Positions 1 to 9,881 of a stretch of DNA of 64,000 nt are shown piece after piece; position 1 is the first letter of the stretch, and each line of letters opens with the position of its first letter. The notes below the pieces were generated by a model, which saw only the letters and a program-made list of their open reading frames with translations, did no database searches and had not been told where the DNA came from. The stretch is from Candidatus Taylorbacteria bacterium RIFCSPLOWO2_01_FULL_48_100. Lineage in GTDB: Bacteria; Patescibacteriota; Minisyncoccia; Phycocordibacterales; UBA10002. The stretch spans positions 3,956 through 67,955 of the forward strand of contig MHSA01000021.1 in the NCBI GenBank assembly GCA_001821135.1, given 5' to 3'. Both the position numbers and the translations under genes were made by a program.

Positions 1-419
1 AGTTCAAGTACTTCAGTAAAAGTTAATTTTCCGAGCCACTCAGAGTTGTATCGTAATACTGCGGAATTCTCCCCATTAAATTTTATAATCCGCGATGCCT
101 GTTCTTTGTATAATTTCGCGTTTGATAAAACTTCATCGCGCGTCAATTTCTTTCGCGTTGCGCTTTTACCAGTCGGGTCTCCAATCATCCCCGTAAAATC
201 CCCGATGAGTAGAATTATTTTATGCCCCAATTCCTGGAACTGCGCTAGTTTAAGAAGCGGAATGATATGACCTAGATGTAGCGTCGGGCCTGTTGGGTCA
301 ATACCGAGATAGAGAGAAAGCGGTTCGCTGGATTTAAGGTGTGCTTCCAAAAATTCGGCGTTCGGGTAAATCCGCTCAACACCGCGCGTTAATAATTCTT
401 TTATTGCTTCTTCTTTCAT
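1..419 (-). CDS. tyrS: Tyrosyl-tRNA synthetase, N-terminal 139 codons; the gene continues beyond the window's left edge
   Basis: My own translation of the minus strand from the ATG at 417-419 reads MKEEAIKELLTRGVERIYPNAEFLEAHLKSSEPLSLYLGIDPTGPTLHLGHIIPLLKLAQFQELGHKIILLIGDFTGMIGDPTGKSATRK... This has the class I HIGH motif (HLGH) and the typical TyrRS N-terminal block. The ORF track missed it because the frame has no stop inside the window. Confidence 0.8.
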   Translation of the reverse strand, partial: MKEEAIKELLTRGVERIYPNAEFLEAHLKSSEPLSLYLGIDPTGPTLHLGHIIPLLKLAQFQELGHKIILLIGDFTGMIGDPTGKSATRKKLTRDEVLSNAKLYKEQASRIIKFNGENSAVLRYNSEWLGKLTFTEVLE

Positions 420-488
420 ACCCCTATCTTATCATAAAAAACCTGTGCTAGTATGTTTCTGATGCACCACAAATAAATTGTTTGTAGT

Positions 489-1532
489 GTGTATTTAACT
501 ATGTTAATGAAAAAAATTGAATTCAGAGAAATAGGAAGTGGGGAAGAATTTGACCCAAATTCTATCTGCGACAATGTTCCGTTTACACAAGCAAGTTTCT
601 ATGGAGATTGGCAAAAAGAATTGGGGAGGGCTGTGAAAAGGTTCTTGGTTTATAGCGATGGTGAAATTGTGGCTTATTTTCAACTGATTAAATATCCGCT
701 TCTTTTCGGAAAAAGTTACCTTTATATACCCTATGGTCCGGTTGTAAGAAGTGTTGCGAGAGATTTCTTTGTTGCTTTAAAACAAAAATTAAAACGAATT
801 GCTAAAATAGAAAAAGCGATTTTTGTTAGATTGGATTTTACACCATCAATATCGAGTGATGTTCTTTCTAGACTCTTTACAGGAGCTCCGCTCTATACCT
901 ATCACTCGGCTTATTTTCAACCGCGTGTGGAATGGTTTCTGGGTTTAGAAAAAAATGAAAATGATTTGCTTATGGCGATGCATGAGAAAACTCGCTACTC
1001 AATACGATTAGCGAAAAGAAAGGGGATAATGGTAGAAATAATCACTGGGGATTTTGTAAGATATTTTGATATATTTTATGAATTAATGTCGGAGACAGCA
1101 AAAAGAAACGGCTTTAGTATTCATCAAAAAAACTACTATAAAAATATTTTCCAAAATCTTTACAAAACAAAATCGTACTTATCTGTTGCAAAGTACGGTC
1201 AAAAAGTTTTGGCGATTGACCTTGTTGTTGTTTTTGGAAAAATTGCAAATTATGTTTTCGGTGGGTCAAGCAGTGAAGAAAGAAATCGTGTGCCGACTTA
1301 CTTGGCGCAGTGGGAAGCGATTTGCCATGCTAAAAAACTTAACTGCGATTTTTATAACTTTGGCGGTATCTCCATTAACGACAAAATATACATCGGGTGG
1401 AAAGGTTTGACGATTTTTAAAAAGAAATTTGGCGGAAAAGAGATAACTCACTCTGATTTTTTTGATGTTATTGTAAATCAATTTTGGTACCGACTTTATA
1501 ATTTCAGAAAACAGTTACAAAAAATCTTTTAA
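489..1532 (+). CDS. FemAB-family peptidoglycan interpeptide-bridge aminoacyltransferase (FemX-like)
   Basis: A 347-aa ORF whose size and sequence pattern match the FemABX family (e.g. ...LYIPYGPV..., C-terminal FGG/W-rich region). It lies directly upstream of a class A PBP gene, which is a coherent cell-wall context. Family assignment is from recall only. Confidence 0.5.
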   Translation: MYLTMLMKKIEFREIGSGEEFDPNSICDNVPFTQASFYGDWQKELGRAVKRFLVYSDGEIVAYFQLIKYPLLFGKSYLYIPYGPVVRSVARDFFVALKQKLKRIAKIEKAIFVRLDFTPSISSDVLSRLFTGAPLYTYHSAYFQPRVEWFLGLEKNENDLLMAMHEKTRYSIRLAKRKGIMVEIITGDFVRYFDIFYELMSETAKRNGFSIHQKNYYKNIFQNLYKTKSYLSVAKYGQKVLAIDLVVVFGKIANYVFGGSSSEERNRVPTYLAQWEAICHAKKLNCDFYNFGGISINDKIYIGWKGLTIFKKKFGGKEITHSDFFDVIVNQFWYRLYNFRKQLQKIF

Positions 1533-1539
1533 CTTATTT

Positions 1540-4071
1540 ATGTTGTATAAAAAATACAAACAACGAAGGTGGTATGGCGATATATTAGCATTTTTATTGT
1601 CCATTGGATTTATTCTAACTGGAATTATTGCGCTTTGGATTTCCACATTTCGCATCCCCGACCTTGCGTCGCTTGGCGAGCGTAGAGTGAGCGAATCCAC
1701 CAAAATATACGACCGCACCGGCGAAGTGCTCCTTTACGACCTGCACCGAGGCGTAAAGAGGAGCATTGTTTCGTCTGATGAAATTTCGCAACACATTAAA
1801 AATGCGGCGATTGCGCTGGAGGATGCTGGATTTTACGAGCATAATGGCATTGAACCGAAAGCAATCGCGCGCGCAATACTTGCAAACCTAGGAAGCGGAA
1901 GCTACGGCCAAGGCGGTTCAACGATCACCCAACAGGTAGTGAAAAATTCTCTGCTCACAGGCGAAAAGAAAATTTCGCGGAAATTAAAGGAATGGGTGCT
2001 TGCGCTTAAACTGGAAAGAGTTCTAACTAAAAACGAAATACTTACGCTTTACCTGAATGAAGCGCCGTACGGCGGAAATATTTACGGGATTGAGGAAGCG
2101 AGCCGCGCATATTTTAATAAATCATCGCGCGACCTTACTATTGCGGAATCAGCTTACCTTGCGGCCCTTCCAAACGCGCCTACTTACTTCTCCCCTTACG
2201 GTACTAACCGTGCGCGGCTTGAAGAACGGAAGAACCTCGCGCTGACACGCATGCGCGAGGCGGAATATATTTCGGAAGAAGAGTTTGAAGCGGCAAAAAA
2301 AGAAGAAGTTGCATTTATTCCTATGGACCCATACGGAATCCGAGCGCCGCATTTTACGCTGATGGTCCGCGACGAACTTATAAAAAAATATGGGGAAGGC
2401 GTGGCAGAAAAGGGTATGCAGGTTATTACAACGCTGGACTGGCGGCTCCAAGAACTTGCAGAAAAAATTGTGAAAAAACACGCGCTGGAAAACGAAGAAA
2501 AGTTTAACGCGGAAAATGCCTCGCTAGTCGCCATTGACCCGAAAACGGGCGATGTGCTCGCGCTAGTTGGCTCACGCGACTATTTTGACCAGGAGATTGA
2601 CGGCAATTTTAATGTCGCCACTGGGCAGGGCCGACAACCCGGCTCGGCGTTTAAGCCGTTTGCGTACGCGGAGGCGTTCATAAATGGCTACACGCCCGAT
2701 ACTGCGGTCTTTGACCTTCCTACGCAATTTAGCGCACTCTGTGATGCTGACGGCAAGCCATTAAATGAAGGGGATGACCCCGAGAAGGTGTGCTACGCCC
2801 CGCAAAACTACGACGAGAAATTCCGAGGACCGATTACGATGCGTGAGGCACTCGCGCAGTCCATCAATGTGCCGTCAGTCAAAACACTCTATCTTGCTGG
2901 ACAGCAAAACACTTTTAACCTCGCGTCTCTTATGGGTATTTCAACGCTTACTAATGCCAACCAATATGGATTCACACTCGTGCTTGGGGGAGGAGAAGTT
3001 AAACTTCTTGATATTGTTGGCGCGTATGGAGTATTCGCCAATAATGGAGAGAAAAATGAGATTCATTCAATTAAACAAGTTTTTGACGCGGACGGAAAAA
3101 TTATAATGGAGCCGCGACCTAATACAGAGCGAGTGCTACCTGAATCTGTGGCATGGCAGATTTCAGATATTTTAAGTGATGATGAGGCGCGTTCTCCCAT
3201 ATTTGGACTAAATTCGTATCTCAAAGTTAATAATTTTTCTGTTGCGGCAAAAACAGGAACTACTAATGATTACAAAGACGCATGGACTGTTGGATATTCA
3301 CCAACACTCTCTGTGGGGGTGTGGGTTGGAAACAATGACGCACGCCCAATGGAAAAAAAGGCGGCTGGGTTTGTTGTAGTTGCTCCGTTGTGGAACGAGT
3401 TTATGCGCGAAGCGCTCCCGCTTATGCCGCGCGAAGTGTTTCCGCCTCCGCCTGAAGAAAACAAGGATGCGCTCCCGCCAGCACTAAATGGCGAATGGCG
3501 CGGAGGAAGAAAGTTTGTGATTGACCGTATGTCTGGAAAGCTCGCAACCGAGTACACACCTGCGGAAACGCGCGAGGAAAGGGTGGTGCGTGAGGTGCAT
3601 TCCATACTGTATTGGCTCAATAAAAATGAGCCGCGAAGCGGTATTAAGCCCGCGAACCCCGAAGCCGACCAGCAATTCGTGCTTTGGGAAACGCCTGTAC
3701 GCAAATGGGCGGAGGAACAAAAATTAACAGACGAAACGGACGCTGTGATTCCAACAAGTTATGATGATATTCATAAACCAGAGTTTGCTCCGACCATATC
3801 CATTTCGTCGCCTGTATCTGGCACCGTACTCGGCAAAAATGAGCGTTTATCAATCGCTATCTCCACCGCACCGAAAAGATATGGGCTTCTCAAAGCAGAA
3901 TTATATATCAACGGCGTGTTTACCGATTCAACATTCTCCTCTCCGTTTTCGTTCTCCTTCATTCCGAAAAATATAAACAGTATTACAGAAACAAACGAAC
4001 TAAAAGTTGTGGTGTATGATTCTGTTCTCAATAGAGGAGAAGCGAGTGTGAGTTTTAGTATTGCAGAATAA
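1540..4071 (+). CDS. Bifunctional class A penicillin-binding protein (GT51 transglycosylase + transpeptidase) with a C-terminal extension
   Basis: N-terminal TM segment. GT51 signature GGSTITQQVVKN. Transpeptidase motifs SAFKPF (SxxK) and KTGTT (KTG). 843 aa. Confidence 0.85.
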   Translation: MLYKKYKQRRWYGDILAFLLSIGFILTGIIALWISTFRIPDLASLGERRVSESTKIYDRTGEVLLYDLHRGVKRSIVSSDEISQHIKNAAIALEDAGFYEHNGIEPKAIARAILANLGSGSYGQGGSTITQQVVKNSLLTGEKKISRKLKEWVLALKLERVLTKNEILTLYLNEAPYGGNIYGIEEASRAYFNKSSRDLTIAESAYLAALPNAPTYFSPYGTNRARLEERKNLALTRMREAEYISEEEFEAAKKEEVAFIPMDPYGIRAPHFTLMVRDELIKKYGEGVAEKGMQVITTLDWRLQELAEKIVKKHALENEEKFNAENASLVAIDPKTGDVLALVGSRDYFDQEIDGNFNVATGQGRQPGSAFKPFAYAEAFINGYTPDTAVFDLPTQFSALCDADGKPLNEGDDPEKVCYAPQNYDEKFRGPITMREALAQSINVPSVKTLYLAGQQNTFNLASLMGISTLTNANQYGFTLVLGGGEVKLLDIVGAYGVFANNGEKNEIHSIKQVFDADGKIIMEPRPNTERVLPESVAWQISDILSDDEARSPIFGLNSYLKVNNFSVAAKTGTTNDYKDAWTVGYSPTLSVGVWVGNNDARPMEKKAAGFVVVAPLWNEFMREALPLMPREVFPPPPEENKDALPPALNGEWRGGRKFVIDRMSGKLATEYTPAETREERVVREVHSILYWLNKNEPRSGIKPANPEADQQFVLWETPVRKWAEEQKLTDETDAVIPTSYDDIHKPEFAPTISISSPVSGTVLGKNERLSIAISTAPKRYGLLKAELYINGVFTDSTFSSPFSFSFIPKNINSITETNELKVVVYDSVLNRGEASVSFSIAE

Positions 4072-4076
4072 AATAC

Positions 4077-5174
4077 CTACCGATTCATCGGCATTACTAT
4101 GTATCGGAAGCCGGAGGAGCCGGCACCGGTGATGAGGAGCGGCTTGCCTACACCGGAAAACATCAGTGACATACTGGATTCGGTAATCGCGCCGAGTACA
4201 TCTATGAGGTAGCGTGCGTTGAAGCTCATCTCAATCGCCTCCCCCGAGCGCGAGGACTTGAGTGTACTCACACCCTCACCTACTTCCGCATTCTTCACAG
4301 AAAGCGAAATCTCATCTCCGCTCGCTGGAACGGTAATGAGAATTTGGTTTGATTTTTCAGAAAGCCCCGACGCAAGTTGGAGCGCTTTTGCAAGGTCGTC
4401 TTTTAGAAGTGTTACTGTGGTGGTGAACTCTTTTGGAATAATTTGCTTGTAGTCGGGGAATGAGCCGTCTATAACACGAGATGTAAAGACCATTCCGTCG
4501 CTTTTCATAACAAATTGCCCAGATTCACTTGCGACTGTACATGATTCGTTTTCAATTTCGGAAACAATACGAAGAAGTTCGGCGGCGTTCTTAGCCGGCA
4601 AAAGCGTTGGGTGTATGGAAATGTTCTTTTGCGGAAAAACATGTTTTTCAGCAAGGCGGAATGAGTCGGTTGCGGCAAACACCACACTATTTCCTTCGGA
4701 AAAAATATAAATACTTGAGAGCTCTTGGCGGATAGACGACTGAGACGCACTATACAAAACCGATTTTAATCCTGATGCCAAAAGATAAGTTGGAATTGTG
4801 TTTTGACTTTCTTTTGGCTGTGAAAATTTCGGAAAGTCCTCGTGTGGAAATACTTTTAACACAGCACTTGCATTTCCTCCACTTACAGACAAACCACCTT
4901 GTGTTGAGTGAAACAAAACATTTTGAGCTGAAACGCCAGATAAAAATGTATTTAGAGCAATTCCAGAGACAGCAATCACACCTTCCTTTTCAATACGCGC
5001 AGGAACCGCCACTTCATATGCGACATCAATATTGGTTGCGCGTACTACAACAGATCCTTTTTTCGCTTCAATAAGTACGCACGCCAAAACAGGAAGTGAT
5101 GGGTTTTTACCGGTAACTCGGCTTGCGTTCCTAACTGCCTGTTCTAATTTTTCTTTGAAGCATTCTCCTTTCAT
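4077..5174 (-). CDS. dnaN: DNA polymerase III beta sliding clamp
   Basis: 365 aa, immediately downstream of dnaA on the same strand. The N-terminus (MKGECFKEKLEQAVRNASRVTGKNPSLPVLACVLIEAKKGSVVVRATN...) matches the DnaN fold pattern. Confidence 0.85.
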   Translation of the reverse strand: MKGECFKEKLEQAVRNASRVTGKNPSLPVLACVLIEAKKGSVVVRATNIDVAYEVAVPARIEKEGVIAVSGIALNTFLSGVSAQNVLFHSTQGGLSVSGGNASAVLKVFPHEDFPKFSQPKESQNTIPTYLLASGLKSVLYSASQSSIRQELSSIYIFSEGNSVVFAATDSFRLAEKHVFPQKNISIHPTLLPAKNAAELLRIVSEIENESCTVASESGQFVMKSDGMVFTSRVIDGSFPDYKQIIPKEFTTTVTLLKDDLAKALQLASGLSEKSNQILITVPASGDEISLSVKNAEVGEGVSTLKSSRSGEAIEMSFNARYLIDVLGAITESSMSLMFSGVGKPLLITGAGSSGFRYIVMPMNR

Positions 5175-5386
5175 ATATTTAATAGATTATGTATAAAGAA
5201 ATAAGAGTAAGAATAAATGATGTTGATCGTGTGGAAAAGATTGTTTTGTGTTTTGTTTACTTATATATTTTTGATTTTTTATTGTGTACAATATATGAAG
5301 AAGTTTATAATTGTTTGTGTGTAGTTTTAATTTTTTATTATATATTTTTGATTTTCCACACATAACAACTTACTTTTCCACACCAG
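5175..5386. promoter_or_regulatory. Candidate oriC: AT-rich dnaA-dnaN spacer carrying three DnaA-box-like 9-mers (TTTTCCACA)
   Basis: tgtggaaaa at 5230-5239 (reverse orientation), ttttccaca at 5353-5361 and 5375-5383. Each is one mismatch from the TTATCCACA consensus. The spacer is very AT-rich, and the position between dnaA and dnaN is classical for oriC. Confidence 0.5.
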
Positions 5387-6733
5387 CTACAACATAGCCC
5401 GCAACTGTTTAATTTCTTGTTCAAGTGTGCTGTTGTGTTTTAATTCATTTTTAATTTTTTCATATGAATGAATAACAGTTGTGTGGTCTCTTCCTCCTAA
5501 TTTTTGTCCTATTAATGGATATGATACAGCACAGTCCTCTCTAAGTAGAAACATTGCTATTTGGCGCGGCCGCACCACCTCCTTGCGACGCGTCTTTTCA
5601 TAAATACTCGCTTCCTCTATTTGATAAAAATGTGAAATTACCCGAAGAACATCTTTTACTGAAGTCGTTTTTTTAGGCTTCTCGTTCGCCTTAACAATTT
5701 GTTTTACTTCCACAAGAGTAAGTTCCCTGTTTTTTAGTTGAGAATTACACACAACAGAATTCAGAAGCCCTTCTATTTCACGGATATTCCCTTCAACAAT
5801 ACCTGCAAGATACTGTGCTGTTTCGTTGGAAATTGGAAATCCAGCAATTTTCGCCTTTGATTGTAAAATAGCAATACGGGACTCAAAGTCGGGTGCAGGC
5901 AAGTCCACCACCATACCTGACGCAAAGCGCGACTTCAAGCGGTCTTGAATGTCGGAAATGAAGTTGGGGTGCACGTCAGCGGAAAAGATAATCTGCTTGT
6001 TGTTTTCATATAGCGTGTTGAAGAGGTGGAATAATTCTTCTTGTGTTTTTGTTTTTCCGGAAATGAATTGTATGTCGTCCATAATAAACACATCATAGAC
6101 ACGGTATTTTTCCTTAAATTGGTTGATGCTGGTGTTCTGCATCGCGTTTGTAAACTCAATTTGGAATTTTTCCGATGTGATGTAGAAAATCTTCTTACGC
6201 GGCTCTGATTTATAAAAGTAATTTCCAACCGCTTGAATGAGGTGGGTTTTTCCGTGCCCGGTATTGCCATAGAAAAAAAGAGGGTTGTACGCCGACGGCT
6301 TTTTGATGATTGCCTGCGCCGCGGCGTGCGCGAGCTCATTAAAGGGGCCAACGACAAAGGATTCAAAGGTGTAGCGCGGATTGAGGTTATTCTCTTTGTT
6401 GATATAGTGCTCTTTAAGAGGAAGTTCTGCGTTATTTTGGTTTGTATTGAGCCACACCTGAGGTTGAGCCGCTATTTTTTTCTGTTCGTCTTTGGAAATT
6501 ACATATTCAATAGAGCGCGTGCCTTCCGAAAGCGCGCGCAAGGAATGAAGAATCATTTTATGATATTTGTCCGACAGCCAATCGCGCACGAACGCGTTTG
6601 GTACAGCAAGGTACGCAATCCCCTCTTCCATTCGTGAGAGGGCTGTGTCTTTAAACCATGTCTGAAAGTTTGCCTTTGATACCGTTCCGCCGATTTCAAC
6701 CAGCGCGCTGTCCCATAATTGTTTTGGATTCAT
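5387..6733 (-). CDS. dnaA: Chromosomal replication initiator DnaA
   Basis: 448 aa. AAA+ Walker A GNTGHGKTHL. C-terminal DnaA DNA-binding domain pattern. Divergent from rpmH-rnpA. Confidence 0.9.
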   Translation of the reverse strand: MNPKQLWDSALVEIGGTVSKANFQTWFKDTALSRMEEGIAYLAVPNAFVRDWLSDKYHKMILHSLRALSEGTRSIEYVISKDEQKKIAAQPQVWLNTNQNNAELPLKEHYINKENNLNPRYTFESFVVGPFNELAHAAAQAIIKKPSAYNPLFFYGNTGHGKTHLIQAVGNYFYKSEPRKKIFYITSEKFQIEFTNAMQNTSINQFKEKYRVYDVFIMDDIQFISGKTKTQEELFHLFNTLYENNKQIIFSADVHPNFISDIQDRLKSRFASGMVVDLPAPDFESRIAILQSKAKIAGFPISNETAQYLAGIVEGNIREIEGLLNSVVCNSQLKNRELTLVEVKQIVKANEKPKKTTSVKDVLRVISHFYQIEEASIYEKTRRKEVVRPRQIAMFLLREDCAVSYPLIGQKLGGRDHTTVIHSYEKIKNELKHNSTLEQEIKQLRAML

Positions 6734-6845
6734 ATTTTTTAGAAATGTCGTTACAGAAGTATAGCGCGGAAGGAATGCAAAGGAAGTTGCAGATATGTAT
6801 CTATTATGTTAATAATATGTGGACAGCAAGTGAACAACTAAAAAT

Positions 6846-6980
6846 ATGAGCTTTACATACAAACCAAAGAAGAAAAAACGCGCGCGTACGCACGGATTCC
6901 TAGTGCGTATGAGGAGTACGAGCGGGAGCCGCGTAGTTGCGCGCCGCCGGCAGAAGGGTCGCAAAAAACTTTCTGTGTAA
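6846..6980 (+). CDS. rpmH: 50S ribosomal protein L34
   Basis: A 44-aa ORF I translated myself: [44 protein letters not shown]. It matches the conserved bL34 pattern (…RARTHGF…RR+KGRK+L). It falls below the 60-aa cutoff of the ORF track. The stop overlaps the rnpA start (TAATG). Confidence 0.85.
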   Translation: MSFTYKPKKKKRARTHGFLVRMRSTSGSRVVARRRQKGRKKLSV

Positions 6981-7303
6981 TGTTAAAAAAAGTAAATCGC
7001 ATAACTACCGAAGGGTTTAGAAAATTAAGTAGGTCAAACTGTATGTTGCATACGGACTTTTTCAGTGTGCGGCTACATCAGACCACACACAAACAGCCGA
7101 GATTTGCAGTTGTTGCGTCTAAAAAGATTGCGCCGACCGCGGTTATGCGCAATCTTCTTCGCCGCCGTCTCTATGAACTATTTGGTAAAAAAATCGGCAA
7201 TATATCTGGAGGCACCGCCGTGGTTGTTTTCGTAAAGAAAGAAGCGAACAAAGCATCTTTTCAAGAACTCAAAGGCGCTGTTGAGAATCTTGATGGTTTT
7301 TGA
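6980..7303 (+). CDS. rnpA: Ribonuclease P protein component
   Basis: 107 aa basic protein immediately after rpmH (canonical rpmH-rnpA-yidC order). Contains the FAVVASKKIAPTAVMRNLLRRRL block, matching the RnpA motif region. Confidence 0.75.
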   Translation: MLKKVNRITTEGFRKLSRSNCMLHTDFFSVRLHQTTHKQPRFAVVASKKIAPTAVMRNLLRRRLYELFGKKIGNISGGTAVVVFVKKEANKASFQELKGAVENLDGF

Positions 7304-7315
7304 TACGATTGAACA

Positions 7316-8059
7316 ATGCTAGAGTTTTTTAAGGTGGTGTTCTATCAGCCGCTCTACAACGGGCTTGTTTTTTTGATGGATGTAATTCCAGGCGCGGACG
7401 CAGGTATCGCAGTTATCGCACTCACCGTTATTGTTAAACTTGTACTCTTTCCCCTCTCCAAGCGCTCCATAGAAACGCAGTTTTCTATGCGCCGTTTCCA
7501 GCCGGAGCTTGATGAATTAAAAAAGAAATATGCAAGCGACCGCGAGGGGTACGCGCGCGCCACGATGGCGTTTTACAAAGAAAAGCGCATCAACCCATTT
7601 TCCAGTTTCTTTCTTTTACTTATACAACTCCCGGTCATTATTTCTTTGTATTATGTGTTCTTTCGCGGCGGACTTCCTGAAATAAACGAGGTGCTCCGAT
7701 ACGCGTTTATTCCAAGCCCAGAAGTTAGTATGGAATTTCTCGGACTGATTGATATTGCGGGCAAAAGCATCACACTCGCAGCGCTTGCTGGAATTACGCA
7801 GTTTTTCCAAGTTAAACTTGCTCTTCCCCCGCCCGCGCCTGGAACGCGCGACGGCTCGTTCCAAGGGGAGCTTATGCACGGTATGCATATGCAAATGAAA
7901 TATGTAATGCCGATTGTCGCGGCAGTTGTTGCGTACACGATTTCAGGCGCTGTCGCTCTGTACTGGACGACCTCTAACCTTTTTGCAATAGGACAAGAGA
8001 TTGTAGTGCGTAGGAGATTGGGTGCACAAAACAAGGAAATTCCAAATCAACATGCTTGA
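7316..8059 (+). CDS. yidC: Membrane protein insertase YidC (short form)
   Basis: 247 aa polytopic membrane protein following rnpA. Conserved YidC/Oxa1 core pattern (…YKEKRINPFSSFFLLLIQLPVIISLYYVF…). Confidence 0.75.
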   Translation: MLEFFKVVFYQPLYNGLVFLMDVIPGADAGIAVIALTVIVKLVLFPLSKRSIETQFSMRRFQPELDELKKKYASDREGYARATMAFYKEKRINPFSSFFLLLIQLPVIISLYYVFFRGGLPEINEVLRYAFIPSPEVSMEFLGLIDIAGKSITLAALAGITQFFQVKLALPPPAPGTRDGSFQGELMHGMHMQMKYVMPIVAAVVAYTISGAVALYWTTSNLFAIGQEIVVRRRLGAQNKEIPNQHA

Positions 8060-8513
8060 AAATAGTACAATTAAAAACCATCTTGAAGAAATATTGCGGC
8101 TTGTCGGGGTTGCTCACGAAGGAGTGGAACACATTGATGATGAAAGTGGAGTGCGGTTTTGCATAAAAACAAGCGAATCGCACGCGCTTATTGGGCAAGG
8201 CGGCGAAACGCTCGCGGCTTTGAACCATATAATAAAGCGCATCAGAGCGCGCGGTGGTAAAGAGGAAGAAAGAGAAGAAATGTTTTATGTTGATGTGAAC
8301 GGATATCAAGAGCAACTATTTTCCGACATTAAAGCGAAAGCAAAAGTACTTGCTGAGCGCGCGAAGTCGCTACAGGCGAATATAGAAATGGAGCCAATGA
8401 GTGCGTACGAGCGGCTATTCGTGCATAATTTTCTTTCCAAAGATGCAGGAGTAAAAACAGAATCAAAAGGAGAAGGAAGAAATAGGCGTGTTGTTATTAA
8501 GTGTGTTGTGTAA
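8052..8513 (+). CDS. jag: Jag/KhpB-type RNA-binding protein (KH + R3H domains)
   Basis: Follows yidC. KH-like GQGGETLAALNHIIKRI and R3H-like YERLFVHNFL motifs. The start is probably the internal Met (MLENST…), which overlaps the yidC stop. Confidence 0.7.
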   Translation: MLENSTIKNHLEEILRLVGVAHEGVEHIDDESGVRFCIKTSESHALIGQGGETLAALNHIIKRIRARGGKEEEREEMFYVDVNGYQEQLFSDIKAKAKVLAERAKSLQANIEMEPMSAYERLFVHNFLSKDAGVKTESKGEGRNRRVVIKCVV

Positions 8514-8522
8514 AGTTCTCTC

Positions 8523-8652
8523 CTCTCGCCCTTATCCTAAGGGGGAGTACCACGAGCGGAGCGAGGGGGAGGGGGTGGTTTTTCTGTGGGAACAGAAGCA
8601 CCCCTCCGTCTCCCTACGGGAGACACCTCCCCTTATGTTAAGGGCAGGAGGT
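8523..8652 (+). repeat. GC-rich structured intergenic repeat, family R1 copy 1 (CTCGCCCTTATCCTAAGGGGGAGTACC…GAGGGGGAGGGGGT…ACCCCTCCGTCTCCCTACGGGAGACACCTCCCCTTA…GGCAGGAGG)
   Basis: About 130 bp and near-identical to copies at 21289-21410 and 26250-26376, and to a reverse-orientation copy at 36355-36510. It contains several internal hairpins (CCCTTA/TAAGGG, GGGGGAGGGGG/CCCCTCC, TCTCCC/GGGAGA). It lies between the convergent 3' ends of jag and the 8658-9875 gene. Confidence 0.7.
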
Positions 8653-8657
8653 AGTAG

Positions 8658-9875
8658 TTATAGTGCGAGAATCCACAGCGTTAAATCATTTTTGTTTTGG
8701 AAAAGAAGATACTGGTCGTCCGGACTGATGTCTACATTAAATACATCAATTTCTGTTCGTGCGATTTCCGAAAGATTTACAGCGAGGTCGGCGCGGCCGT
8801 CTTCCGCGTCAATTTTCCACACAGAATCATTCGTCTGCGCAGTTCCTTGATACCAGTTGTTTGGGAAACCATTCGGAAGCGCGTCGGGAACGGCGCACAA
8901 TGCAACTGCGCGGTTTTTCTTGCCCCACACGCACTTGTCTGCGAGCGTGGCGAGCCCGAGCGGCACGGTCTCCCCCCTAGTACGATTAAAGAGAGATAGT
9001 GTTGCACTAGATTCATTGCTAGTTGAGGACAGCACAACTGTTCCGCCTCGGCTTGGAAGCGCGGTAAGCCCAACGCCGCTTTCTACAACATCAAGCGCGC
9101 CGTTCTGCGCGCCGACGGCAAACAGATGTCCTGCCATGCCCGCCGAGGCACGCGTTGTTAGAAATATGGAGTCGTTCACCGGCCACACAGCGGCAAGATC
9201 TTTGAGCGGTAAATCAATAATCGTATTTTTGCGCGAGCCGTCCGGCGCGGCGAGTACGCCGCTTGCACCTGTTGCATTTTCAGAAAGGTAAAAAATGGTG
9301 TTGCCGGTCGGCGAAAAGGCGAGTGTGCGAATGTTGCGCGGAAGGAACGAGGCGCGCAGAGCATCGCCCTCACTCGCCGCCGCGCCGACGGTTGCATAAA
9401 AACTTTCAATATATTCCGTTCCCGCCGACTTTTTGTTATAGCGCACAATAACCCCAGAGCCGTCAGGTTTCCAGAGTGCCGCGCCTATTTCTGGAATTGT
9501 TTGATTAGAGATGCGGCGCGCCGTTCCTTCTTCCGCTCCGATTTCAAACAAATGCCCCGTGCCGCGCTCAGCGTAGCGCACGAGCGTTTGCCCTCCGCGC
9601 GAGAAAATCACTGCGCCCGCAACCGGCGTTTCTGTGAGTTGGCGTAAGCGAGGCAACTCGCCATCGCCAACACCAAGGTCTCCCGCATCTTCACCGCCAG
9701 TTCCCAAATCACCAAATCCACCAACCTCACCTGCTTCAGGAAATGCTCCACCCGTTTCTCCTCCGCTAGGTGTTGTTGCGCGCATAAAGAACCACCAATA
9801 CGCAAACGCACCCACTGCTACGACAAGCAGAACCGCAACACTACCCCATATTATTTTTTTGGTCTTGTTGAACAT
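8658..9875 (-). CDS. Hypothetical membrane-anchored protein with Gly/Asp-rich linker and a possible beta-propeller/TolB-like C-terminal domain
   Basis: N-terminal TM, Gly-rich acidic linker, then repeated beta-strand-like blocks. I did not recognise a precise family. Confidence 0.35.
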   Translation of the reverse strand: MFNKTKKIIWGSVAVLLVVAVGAFAYWWFFMRATTPSGGETGGAFPEAGEVGGFGDLGTGGEDAGDLGVGDGELPRLRQLTETPVAGAVIFSRGGQTLVRYAERGTGHLFEIGAEEGTARRISNQTIPEIGAALWKPDGSGVIVRYNKKSAGTEYIESFYATVGAAASEGDALRASFLPRNIRTLAFSPTGNTIFYLSENATGASGVLAAPDGSRKNTIIDLPLKDLAAVWPVNDSIFLTTRASAGMAGHLFAVGAQNGALDVVESGVGLTALPSRGGTVVLSSTSNESSATLSLFNRTRGETVPLGLATLADKCVWGKKNRAVALCAVPDALPNGFPNNWYQGTAQTNDSVWKIDAEDGRADLAVNLSEIARTEIDVFNVDISPDDQYLLFQNKNDLTLWILAL

Positions 9876-9881
9876 AAAGGT

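Noticed and set aside
46-270. 74-aa + strand ORF at the left edge
   Set aside because: It lies antisense within the tyrS N-terminal coding region, which is strongly supported by the HIGH motif.
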